Shown here: positions 16,013 through 26,300 of the stretch, piece after piece | Layout of the letters: each line of letters starts with the position of its first letter | Position numbering within the stretch: the first letter of the stretch is position 1 | Assembly (NCBI GenBank): GCA_964421215.1 | Contig: CAYQWA010000014.1 | Span: forward strand, 29,270-93,269 | Origin: an uncultured Bacteroidales bacterium | GTDB taxonomy: Bacteria > Bacteroidota > Bacteroidia > Bacteroidales > JAADJA01 | Length of the DNA: 64,000 nucleotides | Reading direction: 5' to 3' | Notes under the pieces: model-generated | Database searches by the model: none | Seen by the model: only the letters and a program-made list of their open reading frames with translations | Told to the model about the DNA's origin: nothing | Program-made: the position numbers and the translations under genes

Positions 16013-17986
16013 TTAGTCTACCTTAACAAATTTCCTTGAAAACTCATTGTCTCCGTTCGAAACATTGATCAGGTAATTGCCTGATTGTATATCTTCAATA
16101 TTCAGGTTCAAATGAATATCATCTGTTTTAACAGTTTTTACCAACGCACCGGATAAGCTGTATATATCGATGGTATTTTCAGTTCCGATGGAATTCTTAA
16201 ACTCCATGTGAAGGTAATCATTTGCAGGGTTTGGCCCGAATGTAAAGAAAGCGGGATTAGCTGAATCTATAACGTTGGTCGAAATGGAACCGGTTTTATT
16301 TAACACCCAGTTATCCGGGTCGATCTGGATCAGTCCGATATCTTCAGTAATAGGTAACATAAAAGAGTTTACATTATCGGTCTGGTAGAGCTGAACTGTG
16401 GTATCTCCTCCGCTGTAAAAATGGAATTTGTATTCCATAAGCATTTCGAAAACAGGTGTTACTGAAGCTGCTGACACAGTTTGTTCTATTTCAAGGTAAA
16501 GGTAAGCATCATCCTGGCTCCAGCTGATGTTATAGGTTGGGTATCCTTCTCCGAAATACCATTGATCGAAAAACTGGGTGAAGTCCATTCCGGAGGTTTC
16601 ATTCAGTACATTCATAAAGTCAAGGCCGGTAGCTACGTCATCAACATACTCTTCCTGGAAATTCTGGAGAACCTGGAAAAACAGATCATCATCCTGAAGC
16701 TCAAAACGGATCATATGAATGATAGCTGCCCCTTTGTTGTAAGAAAGGCGACCATTGAATATTCTCCAAACATTGTCATAGGTTACTTCATCCTCAGGAA
16801 CAAAAACACTTCCATCCGGTTCACTCATCACTGAATTGTGGATCCCGTTCATTTTGTTGTTGGCAGCTGCCTCACCAAGGATAAACTCATTGGCCAGGTA
16901 GTCGGTATAAGTTGCAAAACCTTCGTTTACCCAGATATCACTCCATGTGGCGCAGGTAACATTATCGCCGAACCACATGTGCCCAAGTTCGTGGGCGACA
17001 AGACCAAATGAAAATCCACCCATTGTACTCATGGTCTGATGTTCCATACCACCACCCAAATCTGTTAAACAATGGCCGTATTTTTCTTCATGAAAGGGAT
17101 AAAGTGTATACAGGTCTGAAAAAAGTTCGACCATTTCTACTGTCTGGTCGATTCCATCCTGGTAATATTCAAGGCAACCAGGAACGTCGTAAATGAAATT
17201 CTGGATCAAAAGCGGATCACCACCCATTCCTGCCGGGTATGCATAAATATTGTATTCCTGGTATTCGCTAACAGCAAAGGAAATCAGGTAGTAGGCAATG
17301 GGGTAATTCGACTTCCATTCATACCTTACTTTGTTATCAGGAAGATTTACGACATCTGTAAGCAATCCGTTTGATCCGGCCATATTGGCATCGGAAGTGG
17401 TCAGATAAATCCATACTGAATCGGCTTTATCTTCAAGCACCTGTTTTGTTGGCCACCAGTCGCGTGCAGCGAAAGGTTCAGATAAAGTCCAGGTTACGTT
17501 TTTACCCCATGAGTCGTAAGATGTTGAAATCCCTGTAAAAAACCCTCCTGATGGTGGAGCGCCGCTGTAAACTATTTTAACTGTAAACATCTCGCCCTGA
17601 GAAACAGGATTTGACACTAATACAAACCCCTCATCTCCTGCCTGATAAAATGATTCTGAGACTCCATTAAATAGAACTTCGCTCACTGTTAAATCGTCAA
17701 GTAATTCAAAAGCAAATGTGTCGAGTTCGGCAACAACAACTTCAGCGTTAAAAGTCACTTCACCTGAAACAAAGACAGATGAATTGGAAACTTCTATATC
17801 GATGAAATAATGTTTTACATCATAATCGAACAAAAGTGGTGTTTGAGGTACGTCTTTCGACTGTTTAAAATGCTCTTTAAAAAATCTTGCTTTGCTGCAG
17901 GTCAATTCATCGTGATCATGATGATGTTGTGCTATGCTCATCATCCCGAAAGCAACAACAAAGATCGAAAGTAATAAATGTTTCAT
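16013..17986 (-). CDS. M1-family zinc aminopeptidase with T9SS CTD (paralog 1)
   Basis: 657-aa ORF with a signal peptide. Zinc site: HELGHMWFGDNVT ... WVNEGFATY (HEXXH-18-E). The C-terminus FGPNPANDYLHMEF...GNYLINV...KFVKVD is a T9SS CTD. Confidence 0.85.
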   Translation of the reverse strand: MKHLLLSIFVVAFGMMSIAQHHHDHDELTCSKARFFKEHFKQSKDVPQTPLLFDYDVKHYFIDIEVSNSSVFVSGEVTFNAEVVVAELDTFAFELLDDLTVSEVLFNGVSESFYQAGDEGFVLVSNPVSQGEMFTVKIVYSGAPPSGGFFTGISTSYDSWGKNVTWTLSEPFAARDWWPTKQVLEDKADSVWIYLTTSDANMAGSNGLLTDVVNLPDNKVRYEWKSNYPIAYYLISFAVSEYQEYNIYAYPAGMGGDPLLIQNFIYDVPGCLEYYQDGIDQTVEMVELFSDLYTLYPFHEEKYGHCLTDLGGGMEHQTMSTMGGFSFGLVAHELGHMWFGDNVTCATWSDIWVNEGFATYTDYLANEFILGEAAANNKMNGIHNSVMSEPDGSVFVPEDEVTYDNVWRIFNGRLSYNKGAAIIHMIRFELQDDDLFFQVLQNFQEEYVDDVATGLDFMNVLNETSGMDFTQFFDQWYFGEGYPTYNISWSQDDAYLYLEIEQTVSAASVTPVFEMLMEYKFHFYSGGDTTVQLYQTDNVNSFMLPITEDIGLIQIDPDNWVLNKTGSISTNVIDSANPAFFTFGPNPANDYLHMEFKNSIGTENTIDIYSLSGALVKTVKTDDIHLNLNIEDIQSGNYLINVSNGDNEFSRKFVKVD

Positions 17987-17998
17987 GGTTTTTGATTT

Positions 17999-19999
17999 TT
18001 AATGTTTAACTATTTTTTCAATTGTTTTTCCTTTGTCGGATTCAATGATTAAAAAGTACACTCCTGATTCAAAGGATTCAAGATTAATATGTGAATTAAA
18101 ATTTTCGGTGGCAAATGTAAGCATTGTTTCACCATTCAAATCAACGATGGATCCTGTAAATGCTCTGTTATAATCAGATTGTATATGAAGGACATCAACT
18201 ACCGGGTTTGGAAATGCCAAAATATCAATTATCCCTGAAAGTTCGGGAATGTTATTAATACTTTCCACTTGTTTTAAAACCCAGAGCTCCGGATCTATCT
18301 GAATGCTGTCAACACCCGTATTAATATTGACAGTTTTTGTTACCAAAGGTTGCGTATGTTCAATAGCAATGGTGGTGTCGGTATTGTCATCAAAAAAGAT
18401 CTTAACAGGCAAATCCATTTCAAAAAAGGGAGTCACCTCCGGAACTGATGCACTCTGCTCCGATATGATCTCAAGTACATTATCCGAATAAGCCCAGTCA
18501 ATATTGTAAAGAGGAAATCCTTCGCCAAAAAACCACTGGTTAAAAAATTCAGTAAAATCCTGACCGGTTGTGCTGTTTAAAACATCAATAAAATCCTGGC
18601 TGGTGGCCACACTATCTTTGAACTGAACCTGAAAGTTTTTAAAAGCCTGAAAAAACAGTTCATCATTGTTCAATTCGTAACGGACCATATGCAAAACCAA
18701 TGCGCCCTTAAAATAAGTCAGCCTGCTGCTGAAGATCCTGTTTTCGTTCCCGTATTCAACTTCTTCTGGTGGTACGTAAACACTGCCATCCGAAATGGAT
18801 GTTACATAATTGTGAGCGCCTTTTAACCATTTTGGCGCATAAATGCTAGCCGCTACTTTTTCGTGGGCTAGATAATCCGAATAAGTCGCAAATCCTTCAT
18901 TGACCCATATATCACTCCAGGTAGCACAGGTAACATTGTCGCCAAACCACATATGTGCCAGTTCATGAGATACCAATCCCAGGGCAAACGGAGTACCGAT
19001 GGTGGTCATGGTTTGATGTTCCATTCCACCAGAAAGCATGGTAATACAATGTCCATACTTCTCTTCGTAAAACGGGTACAAAGTATATAGGTCAGAGAAA
19101 AGTTCAATGAGTGTTGAAGTCCGGTCAAGCTCCCCCTTGTGGTACTCCAGACATCCAGGAGTATTGTATACAAAATTCTGCACCAGTATTGAATCTCCGG
19201 CCATTTCTTGAGGCTTTGCATAGATGCTGTAGTCCTGGTACTCCGCCACCGCATAGGATATCAGATAATAAGCGATGGGATAATTCGATTTCCATTCGTA
19301 CCTGACCTTATTATTTGGCAAGTTGACCACATTGGTGAGCATACCAACAGAGCCAGCCATGTTATCTGAACTTGTTGTTAAAAATACCCATACCGAGTCT
19401 GCCTTATCTGTCAGAACCTGTTTGGTAGGCCACCATTGACGGGCATTAAAAGGTTCCGATAAAGTCCAAACAACAGATTTGTTCCAGGTTGAATCGTAGG
19501 CCAGTGTAACACCATTAAAAAATTCACCCTCAGGAGGAGTGCCATGGTAATAGATTTGAGCCGTGAATTGCTGGCCCTGTGTGATCGCCGATGAGAGAAT
19601 TGAAAACACCTCATTGTCAGACCTGTAATAATCAGTTAATGTATTGTTTATCAGAATGGAATCCAGGACCATGTCATCGATGAGCTCAAAAGCGAAAGTA
19701 TCCAGCTCCTCGGTTTTCACTTCCGCAATGTATTTTACATTGCCTTGCAAATAGGTAGTGTTGTTCTCAATGTCCAGGTTGAAATGATAAAATTTAACAT
19801 CATAATCATGCAACAAAGGGGTCTGAATAATGTCTTTTTGGTTTTTGTAAGATTGAAAACGTTTAGTACGTGAACATTTATGGTTTTCGTCAAATTGAAA
19901 AACTGCCTGAGCCACAGATGTTGAGCCGATCAAACATATCGTTAAAATAAGCGTTGTTAGTAATGTGAATATCCGGGTTCGTTTTAAATATTTTATCAT
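17999..19999 (-). CDS. M1-family zinc aminopeptidase with T9SS CTD (paralog 2)
   Basis: The ORF track gives 17999..20035. The likely start is the ATG at 19999 (MIKYLKRTRIFTLL...). Zinc site: HELAHMWFGDNVT ... WVNEGFATY. The C-terminus AFPNPVVDVLHIQ...GVYFLII...KIVKH is a T9SS CTD. Confidence 0.85.
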   Translation of the reverse strand: MIKYLKRTRIFTLLTTLILTICLIGSTSVAQAVFQFDENHKCSRTKRFQSYKNQKDIIQTPLLHDYDVKFYHFNLDIENNTTYLQGNVKYIAEVKTEELDTFAFELIDDMVLDSILINNTLTDYYRSDNEVFSILSSAITQGQQFTAQIYYHGTPPEGEFFNGVTLAYDSTWNKSVVWTLSEPFNARQWWPTKQVLTDKADSVWVFLTTSSDNMAGSVGMLTNVVNLPNNKVRYEWKSNYPIAYYLISYAVAEYQDYSIYAKPQEMAGDSILVQNFVYNTPGCLEYHKGELDRTSTLIELFSDLYTLYPFYEEKYGHCITMLSGGMEHQTMTTIGTPFALGLVSHELAHMWFGDNVTCATWSDIWVNEGFATYSDYLAHEKVAASIYAPKWLKGAHNYVTSISDGSVYVPPEEVEYGNENRIFSSRLTYFKGALVLHMVRYELNNDELFFQAFKNFQVQFKDSVATSQDFIDVLNSTTGQDFTEFFNQWFFGEGFPLYNIDWAYSDNVLEIISEQSASVPEVTPFFEMDLPVKIFFDDNTDTTIAIEHTQPLVTKTVNINTGVDSIQIDPELWVLKQVESINNIPELSGIIDILAFPNPVVDVLHIQSDYNRAFTGSIVDLNGETMLTFATENFNSHINLESFESGVYFLIIESDKGKTIEKIVKH

Positions 20000-20013
20000 T
20001 TCTGACTGATGTT

Positions 20014-20021
20014 TATCTTTG
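20014..20021 (+). promoter_or_regulatory. Candidate -7 promoter box (TATCTTTG) for the 20089 gene
   Basis: The plus strand reads TATCTTTG 68 nt upstream of the TTG start at 20089. It is intergenic only if the M1 paralog starts at 19999. Confidence 0.3.
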
Positions 20022-20088
20022 CTTCGCGGAAACAAAATATATTTTCAATCGATTCCGTTTAATTCAGTAAGTAAAACACTTCGTTCAT

Positions 20089-23000
20089 TTGGCAGATCAA
20101 TATTACATATTAATTCGGAAACTCGACCGATTTATAAGAAAGTATTATAAAAATCAACTGATTAGGGGTGCCATATATTGCATCGCACTGGTTTTGATTT
20201 TTTTTCTTCTTGTAAATATAGCTGAGTATTTTGGTCATTTTGATACCGGTATACGAACTGCGATATTTTATGCATATATCCTGGCCAATGCAATTGTTAT
20301 TGCCAGGTATATAGTGGTTCCTCTCCTTAAATTGTTCAAACTGGGCAAGGTGATCAGCCATGATGAAGCCGCAGAAATTATCGGAAAGCATTTTAGTGAT
20401 GTGAGTGATAAATTATTAAATGCTTTACAGTTAAAAAGACTTCTTGAAGAAGAAAGAAAAGAATCGGATTTATTATTGGCAAGCATTGACCAAAAGATCT
20501 CAAAACTTAATCCTGTACCTTTTCAATCTGCAATCGATCTGTCGTTAAATAAAAAGTATTTAAAATACCCTGTGATCCCCGTCATCCTTATTGGACTAAT
20601 CCTGGTGATTTCCCCCGGAATGATTACTGAGCCCGCTAATCGTTTGGTTAACCATGGAAGTGAGTTCGAAAAGCCCCTACCCTATCAGATCTTAATCATG
20701 AATGATGATTTGAGTGTGGTTCAGCACGATGACTTCTTTTTGGAAATCTATATTGAAGGCGAAGAAGTTCCGGAATTCGTATACCTTCAAACCGGACAAA
20801 ACAGAATAAAGTGCGTCAAGGAATCACCAGTAAGGTTTCAGCACAGGTTTGTTAATGTTCAAAATAATACAAAATTTACCCTGGTTGCCGGACAGTACAA
20901 AACAAAAGAATATGACCTTACTGTTCTTCCAAAACCCTTAATTCTTGATTTTGAAGTTTCGGTTGAATATCCGGAATATACCGGCAGGGTGGATGAGGTT
21001 ATAAAAAACAGCGGAGATTTAAGCGTTCCGACCGGATCAAATATTGGATGGCATTTCCTCACAAAAAATACCAATAGCATTACCATGGACTTTGATGGCA
21101 AGGTGGAAACACTTCAAACAGTTGGGCAATCAGCTTTCAAATATACAGAGCAATTTTTTGATAACGTAACCTATTCCATCATTTCTGAAAATGAATACCT
21201 GAAAGGTTTGGATTCATTAATATACGACATTTCAGTAATACCTGACCTTTATCCAACCGTTATAGCAGAGGAACACCGTGATTCAGTGTTTGACAAGCGT
21301 TTGTATTTTAAAGGAAATATTAAGGATGATTATGGATTTAACCTCCTTACTTTTAAAATGTATGGAGAAAACGGATATCTGATGAACTCAGATACTGTAC
21401 CCATTAACCCGAATATAAGTTCACAACAATATTTCCATTCAATTGATCTTGCTGAATACCAAATCGACGAAGGACAAAGAGTAACCTACTATTTTGAGGT
21501 TTGGGATAATGACAGGATAAATGGAAGCAAGTCTTCAAAATCCCAGGTTTTATCTTATACCCTGCCTTCCTTGGAAGACATAAAAAAACATAAGGAAGAC
21601 GAGAATGAAAAAATAAAGGAAGAGTTTGAAAACGCCATTGATGAGGTGCAAAAAATGCAGGAAGAGGTTGACAGAATTACTAAAAAACTGGTCGACAAGA
21701 AAGAACTTAACTGGGAAGATAAAGAACAAATAAAACAACTACTGGAGAAACAAAATGAATTACAGAACAGCTTTGACAAATTGAAAAAAAGCAATGAGCA
21801 AAAATCTCTTAAAGAACAACAATACCGTGAAGTGAATGAAGAAATTCTCGACAAACAAAAGAAACTGGAAGAACTGTTTGAGCAGTTAATGGAAAATGAA
21901 GAGTTGAAAAAATTATTTAAAGAACTTGAAGAACTCCTGGAAGAGGTTAATAAGGATAAAATTCAGGAAAAACTCGACGACATGAAGTTATCCAATGAAG
22001 AGCTGGAAAAAATGTTGGATAGAAACCTGGAATTGTTCAAACAATTAGAGTTTGAGGAGAAATTGAACGAAACCATTGAAAAACTAAATGAACTGGCTGA
22101 AGAACAAAAACAAGCTGGTGAAGAAACCCTGAACAAGGATAAGTCGGAAGAAGAGAAATTAAATGAGCAAAAGGAAATTGCAGAGAAGTTTGAAGATTTG
22201 AAGAAGGATATGGGCAAGCTGGATGAGATGAATAAGGAACTTGAGGATCCTGCTGAATTTGATAAAATGGAAGAAGAGCAAGAAGCCATTGATGAAGAGA
22301 TGGACGAGAGTATGGAGCAGCTGGAAAAGAATAACAGAAAAAAAGCCTCTGAATCACAAAAGAATGCTGGTCAAAAGATGAAAGAAATGGCTGAGTCCTT
22401 ATTCCAGATGCAACAGGAAATGATCAGCGAAGGAATGGTTGAAGACCTGGATGCTTTAAGGGATATTTTAGAAAATCTGATCCAACTTTCCTTTGATCAG
22501 GAAACACTTATAGACCAGGTAAAAGAAATAAATAGAATTGACCCCCAGTATACGTCACTGGTTCAGGAACAGAAAAAGATTAAAGACGATCTGGAAATTG
22601 TAGAAGATTCATTGTTTGCATTGAGTAAGCGGCAAATTATGATTGAACCGTTTGTAAACAAGGAAATTTCGGAAATTAATAAGAACATTGAACGATCAAT
22701 CAAAAGCCTTAACGATCACCGGCCTGAGCAAGCTGCAGGCAGACAACAGTTTGTCTTAACTTCTATTAATAACCTGGCTTTGATGTTGTCAGAGTCACTG
22801 GAACAGATGATGTCTGCCATGTCAATGCCTAGTAATAGTTCATGTAAAAATCCTGGGATGAAAAAGCCTGGAATGTCTCAACCCGGACCGGGAAAAAATG
22901 CTATGAAATCATTGAGAAAGATGCAGGAGGAATTAAATAAGCAGATAGAAGCCTTAAAAAAAGGTAAGCAAAAAGGTGGGAACGAACCTGGTGGCAATCA

Positions 23001-23460
23001 AACAGGTAAGGGATCAAAAATGAGTGAGCAACTGGCCCGTACTGCTGCTGAACAGGAATACATTCGCAATGAATTAAGAAAAATGTCAGACCAATTGGAG
23101 AAGGAGGGGCAATTTGGAGCAGCTAAAGAGATAAAAAGAATAGCTGACGACATGGAAAAGACAGAAACAGAGCTGGTGAACAAAATGCTGACAGAGGAGA
23201 TGTTAATGCGTCAAAAACAGATACTTACACGACTTCTAAAATCAGAAAAAGCCGAGTTGGAAAGAGAAAAAGAAGAAAAAAGAGAGTCGAATGAAGGAAA
23301 AAGTGTATTTTTACGAAACCCTGAAGATTTTTTCAAGTATAAAAAGGTACGAACAAGTGAAGTGGAATTACTCCAACCAATTTCACCTTCACTATCACCA
23401 TTTTACAAAAATAAAGTTGATCAGTACTTTTTTAATTTTGAAGAATTATTAGAACGATGA
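20089..23460 (+). CDS. Large membrane-anchored protein with a long E/K-rich coiled-coil (possibly DUF4175-like)
   Basis: 1123-aa ORF with a TTG start. There are three N-terminal hydrophobic helices (IYCIALVLIFFLLV, AIFYAYILANAIVIARYIVV, VIPVILIGLILVISPG), then a ~330-aa beta-rich region, then ~300 aa of E/K heptad-like low complexity (about nt 21570-22490). The family name comes from memory only. Confidence 0.6.
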   Translation: MADQYYILIRKLDRFIRKYYKNQLIRGAIYCIALVLIFFLLVNIAEYFGHFDTGIRTAIFYAYILANAIVIARYIVVPLLKLFKLGKVISHDEAAEIIGKHFSDVSDKLLNALQLKRLLEEERKESDLLLASIDQKISKLNPVPFQSAIDLSLNKKYLKYPVIPVILIGLILVISPGMITEPANRLVNHGSEFEKPLPYQILIMNDDLSVVQHDDFFLEIYIEGEEVPEFVYLQTGQNRIKCVKESPVRFQHRFVNVQNNTKFTLVAGQYKTKEYDLTVLPKPLILDFEVSVEYPEYTGRVDEVIKNSGDLSVPTGSNIGWHFLTKNTNSITMDFDGKVETLQTVGQSAFKYTEQFFDNVTYSIISENEYLKGLDSLIYDISVIPDLYPTVIAEEHRDSVFDKRLYFKGNIKDDYGFNLLTFKMYGENGYLMNSDTVPINPNISSQQYFHSIDLAEYQIDEGQRVTYYFEVWDNDRINGSKSSKSQVLSYTLPSLEDIKKHKEDENEKIKEEFENAIDEVQKMQEEVDRITKKLVDKKELNWEDKEQIKQLLEKQNELQNSFDKLKKSNEQKSLKEQQYREVNEEILDKQKKLEELFEQLMENEELKKLFKELEELLEEVNKDKIQEKLDDMKLSNEELEKMLDRNLELFKQLEFEEKLNETIEKLNELAEEQKQAGEETLNKDKSEEEKLNEQKEIAEKFEDLKKDMGKLDEMNKELEDPAEFDKMEEEQEAIDEEMDESMEQLEKNNRKKASESQKNAGQKMKEMAESLFQMQQEMISEGMVEDLDALRDILENLIQLSFDQETLIDQVKEINRIDPQYTSLVQEQKKIKDDLEIVEDSLFALSKRQIMIEPFVNKEISEINKNIERSIKSLNDHRPEQAAGRQQFVLTSINNLALMLSESLEQMMSAMSMPSNSSCKNPGMKKPGMSQPGPGKNAMKSLRKMQEELNKQIEALKKGKQKGGNEPGGNQTGKGSKMSEQLARTAAEQEYIRNELRKMSDQLEKEGQFGAAKEIKRIADDMEKTETELVNKMLTEEMLMRQKQILTRLLKSEKAELEREKEEKRESNEGKSVFLRNPEDFFKYKKVRTSEVELLQPISPSLSPFYKNKVDQYFFNFEELLER

Positions 23461-23942
23461 CACAAGAACAAAAAACTATTAGACTAAAGTCTGAGCCGGC
23501 AAGTCTTAACCAACTTGAGCGGCTTATCGAAGAAGTCTGCGATGCCCATAACCTCAACCACAGTTATCTTGGGTGTATCAGCGTAGCCGTCACAGAAGCG
23601 TTTGAAAACGCCTTGACGCATGGAAATCAAAACGATCCTAAAAAGATTATCATAGTTGATTTTCAAAAAACCTCAGCAGGAGTTACATTTTCCATTAAAG
23701 ATGATGGAAATGGTTTTAACCACCAAGCCATTCCTGATTTAAAGGATGATGGAAAAGATAAAGAATTTCCTGGGCGAGGGATTTTCCTCATTAAATCATT
23801 AACTGACAACGTGAAGTTTAATGAAAAGGGAAATCAAATAGATTTGGGATTTAAAACCACTGGAATAAACATAGAAACTTCTGTTGACCGGGCGGAAAAA
23901 TTTCAGGTCTATAAGGATACTTCGCAAAAAGTAACTAAGTAA
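23457..23942 (+). CDS. Small GHKL ATPase, RsbW/SpoIIAB-like serine kinase (anti-sigma regulatory factor type)
   Basis: 161-aa ORF with an N box (AVTEAFENALTHGN), G1 (KDDGNGF) and G2 (GRGIFLIKSL). Its ATG overlaps the upstream stop as ATGA (23457-23460). Confidence 0.7.
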   Translation: MTQEQKTIRLKSEPASLNQLERLIEEVCDAHNLNHSYLGCISVAVTEAFENALTHGNQNDPKKIIIVDFQKTSAGVTFSIKDDGNGFNHQAIPDLKDDGKDKEFPGRGIFLIKSLTDNVKFNEKGNQIDLGFKTTGINIETSVDRAEKFQVYKDTSQKVTK

Positions 23943-23956
23943 GACTAGAAAACATA

Positions 23957-24394
23957 GTGAGCAATTCATCCATCCTTTTCTTCTCAGAAGGTATAAAGTT
24001 TATCTTAAGAGAAAAAAAGAGGTTAAGAATTTGGTTAAATGCTTCCATAGCTAATGAAGAAAAAAGTTATGGAAGCATTAATTTTATATTCTGTTCCGAT
24101 GATTTCTTACACCAGATGAACAAAGAGCATCTGGACCACGATACATTAACGGATATCATTACATTTGATTTCTCCGAAACGCCACATAATATCTCCGGCG
24201 ATATTTACATAAGCATCGACAGGGTAAAAGAAAATGCTAAACAATTCAATGTTTCTTTTGTTGATGAACTTCACAGGGTAATGATACATGGTATCCTTCA
24301 TCTGTCAGGGTATAAAGACAAAACGAAAAAGCAATCCCTGACGATGCGTGCCAAAGAGGATTATTATTTATCTTTGCTGCCCGAAATTTCATAG
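23957..24394 (+). CDS. ybeY: rRNA maturation endoribonuclease YbeY
   Basis: 145-aa ORF with the zinc-binding motif HRVMIHGILHLSGYKD (H-x-x-x-H-x-x-x-x-x-H). Confidence 0.85.
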   Translation: MSNSSILFFSEGIKFILREKKRLRIWLNASIANEEKSYGSINFIFCSDDFLHQMNKEHLDHDTLTDIITFDFSETPHNISGDIYISIDRVKENAKQFNVSFVDELHRVMIHGILHLSGYKDKTKKQSLTMRAKEDYYLSLLPEIS

Positions 24395-24398
24395 AGAG

Positions 24399-24414
24399 TG
24401 TTTCACGTGAAACA
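24399..24414. repeat. 16-bp perfect palindrome TGTTTCACGTGAAACA (copy 1)
   Basis: Read directly. It lies 4 nt after the ybeY stop and 7 nt before the mnmG start. Confidence 0.9.
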
Positions 24415-24421
24415 ATTTTAA

Positions 24422-26296
24422 GTGTTTAAAGAATATGACATAATAGTTGTAGGGGCTGGTCATGCTGGTAGTGAAGCTGCCGCTGCCGCTGCTAATATGG
24501 GATCTTCAGTATTGCTCATTACGATGAATATGGGGAATGTTGCACAGATGTCATGCAATCCTGCTATGGGAGGAATTGCAAAAGGCCAGATTGTTAGGGA
24601 AATCGATGCCTTAGGAGGGTATTCGGGAATTGTAACTGATAAAACGATGATACAATTTCGGATGCTCAATAAATCCAAGGGACCTGCAATGTGGAGCCCC
24701 AGAGCCCAAAGCGACCGTATGCTTTTTTCTATGGAATGGCGCGAAATGTTGGAGCGAACTCCAAACCTTGATTTCTGGCAGGATATGGTGGTAGGACTGA
24801 TTTCTAAGGAGAATAGAATTCATGGAGTTAAAACTTCAATGGGACACGAGATTTATTCTAAAGCGGTTATACTTACAAATGGAACATTCCTGAATGGTAC
24901 CATACATATAGGAAGTAAAAAGTTTGGAGGAGGCAGAATAGGGGAGAAGGCTTCCCAGGGAATTACCGAAGAATTAATAGAGTTAGGTTTTGAAGCTAAA
25001 CGAATGAAAACTGGAACTCCTGTTCGTGTGGATGGAAGAACAATTGATTTTGAGAAGCTGGATGAACAACCTGGTGATGAAGCACCTGGTAAGTTTAGTT
25101 TTACAAATACGCCCAATTTAGAAAAGCAAAGGAGTTGTTACCTGGCTTATACGAATGACGTTGTGCATGATGTACTTAAAACAGGATTTCATGAATCTCC
25201 TATGTTCAATGGAAGAATTGAAGGTACTGGACCTCGGTATTGCCCATCCATAGAAGATAAGATTGACAGGTTTGCAGATAATACAAGGCACCAGTTGTTT
25301 GTTGAACCGGAAGGCTGGAATACCATAGAATATTACATTAATGGCTTTTCCTCCTCATTACCCGATCATGTTCAGTACAAAGCGTTGCAAAAAATTCCAG
25401 GATTCGAAAATGCAAAAATATTTAGGCCAGGGTATGCTATTGAATACGATTACTTTCCTCCTGTTCAATTGAATTATACCTTAGAAACAAAACTGATCTC
25501 AAATCTTTATTTTGCCGGCCAGATCAATGGTACAACAGGCTATGAAGAAGCAGCAGCTCAAGGCCTGATGGCTGGAATAAATGCTCATTTGAAAAATAAT
25601 GAAAAAGAACCTTTTATACTTGGACGGTCTGAGTCTTACATTGGCGTTCTGGTGGATGATCTGATCACAAAAGGTGTGGATGAGCCATACAGGATGTTTA
25701 CTTCTCGTGCAGAATACCGCATACTACTCAGGCAAAACAACGCGGATTTACGTCTGACGAAAAAATCTCAGGAGATTGGATTGGCATCTGAGGAAAGGAT
25801 GAACAAGGTTGAGGAGAAGCTGGATTTAATAGGCCGGTTAAAAAAATACCTCCTTCAAACAAGTATAATTCCGGATGATGTGAATGAACTTTTTGATAGA
25901 AGAGGTACATCTCCTATGGCCCAAAAGGGAAAGCTTGCTAATATATTATTACGTCCTCAATTGTCATTAACCGATCTGTATGAAACATTGCCACAGCTAG
26001 AAAACTTTGTTAATTCCATGAATCCTGAATTAAAAGAGGAGGTTATGGAAGAAGTGGAAATTCAGATAAAATATGGCGGCTACATCGAAAAAGAAAAGGA
26101 ACTGGCTGGGAAGATTGATAAATTGAACGATCTAAAGTTGTCAAGCGACTTTGATTATTTTCAATTGCCATCACTATCCTATGAAGCTCGCGAGAAACTA
26201 AGCAAACTAAAACCATTAACACTTGGCCAGGCTTCCAGAATTGCAGGAGTCTCACCTGCAGATATTTCAGTATTAACCGTTTACCTTGGACGTTAA
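24422..26296 (+). CDS. mnmG: tRNA uridine-5-carboxymethylaminomethyl(34) synthesis enzyme MnmG (GidA)
   Basis: 624-aa ORF with a GTG start. It has the FAD-binding motif [15 protein letters not shown], plus [11 protein letters not shown] and [16 protein letters not shown], all typical of MnmG. Confidence 0.92.
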   Translation: MFKEYDIIVVGAGHAGSEAAAAAANMGSSVLLITMNMGNVAQMSCNPAMGGIAKGQIVREIDALGGYSGIVTDKTMIQFRMLNKSKGPAMWSPRAQSDRMLFSMEWREMLERTPNLDFWQDMVVGLISKENRIHGVKTSMGHEIYSKAVILTNGTFLNGTIHIGSKKFGGGRIGEKASQGITEELIELGFEAKRMKTGTPVRVDGRTIDFEKLDEQPGDEAPGKFSFTNTPNLEKQRSCYLAYTNDVVHDVLKTGFHESPMFNGRIEGTGPRYCPSIEDKIDRFADNTRHQLFVEPEGWNTIEYYINGFSSSLPDHVQYKALQKIPGFENAKIFRPGYAIEYDYFPPVQLNYTLETKLISNLYFAGQINGTTGYEEAAAQGLMAGINAHLKNNEKEPFILGRSESYIGVLVDDLITKGVDEPYRMFTSRAEYRILLRQNNADLRLTKKSQEIGLASEERMNKVEEKLDLIGRLKKYLLQTSIIPDDVNELFDRRGTSPMAQKGKLANILLRPQLSLTDLYETLPQLENFVNSMNPELKEEVMEEVEIQIKYGGYIEKEKELAGKIDKLNDLKLSSDFDYFQLPSLSYEAREKLSKLKPLTLGQASRIAGVSPADISVLTVYLGR

Positions 26297-26300
26297 CCAT

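Noticed and set aside
21550-22357. Several 60-108-aa minus-strand ORFs (Ser/Phe/Leu-rich) antisense to the 20089..23460 gene
   Set aside because: They lie exactly opposite the GAA/AAG-rich E/K coiled-coil coding region. Antisense reading of such low-complexity codons gives long stop-free S/F/L frames. They have no start context or motif support.
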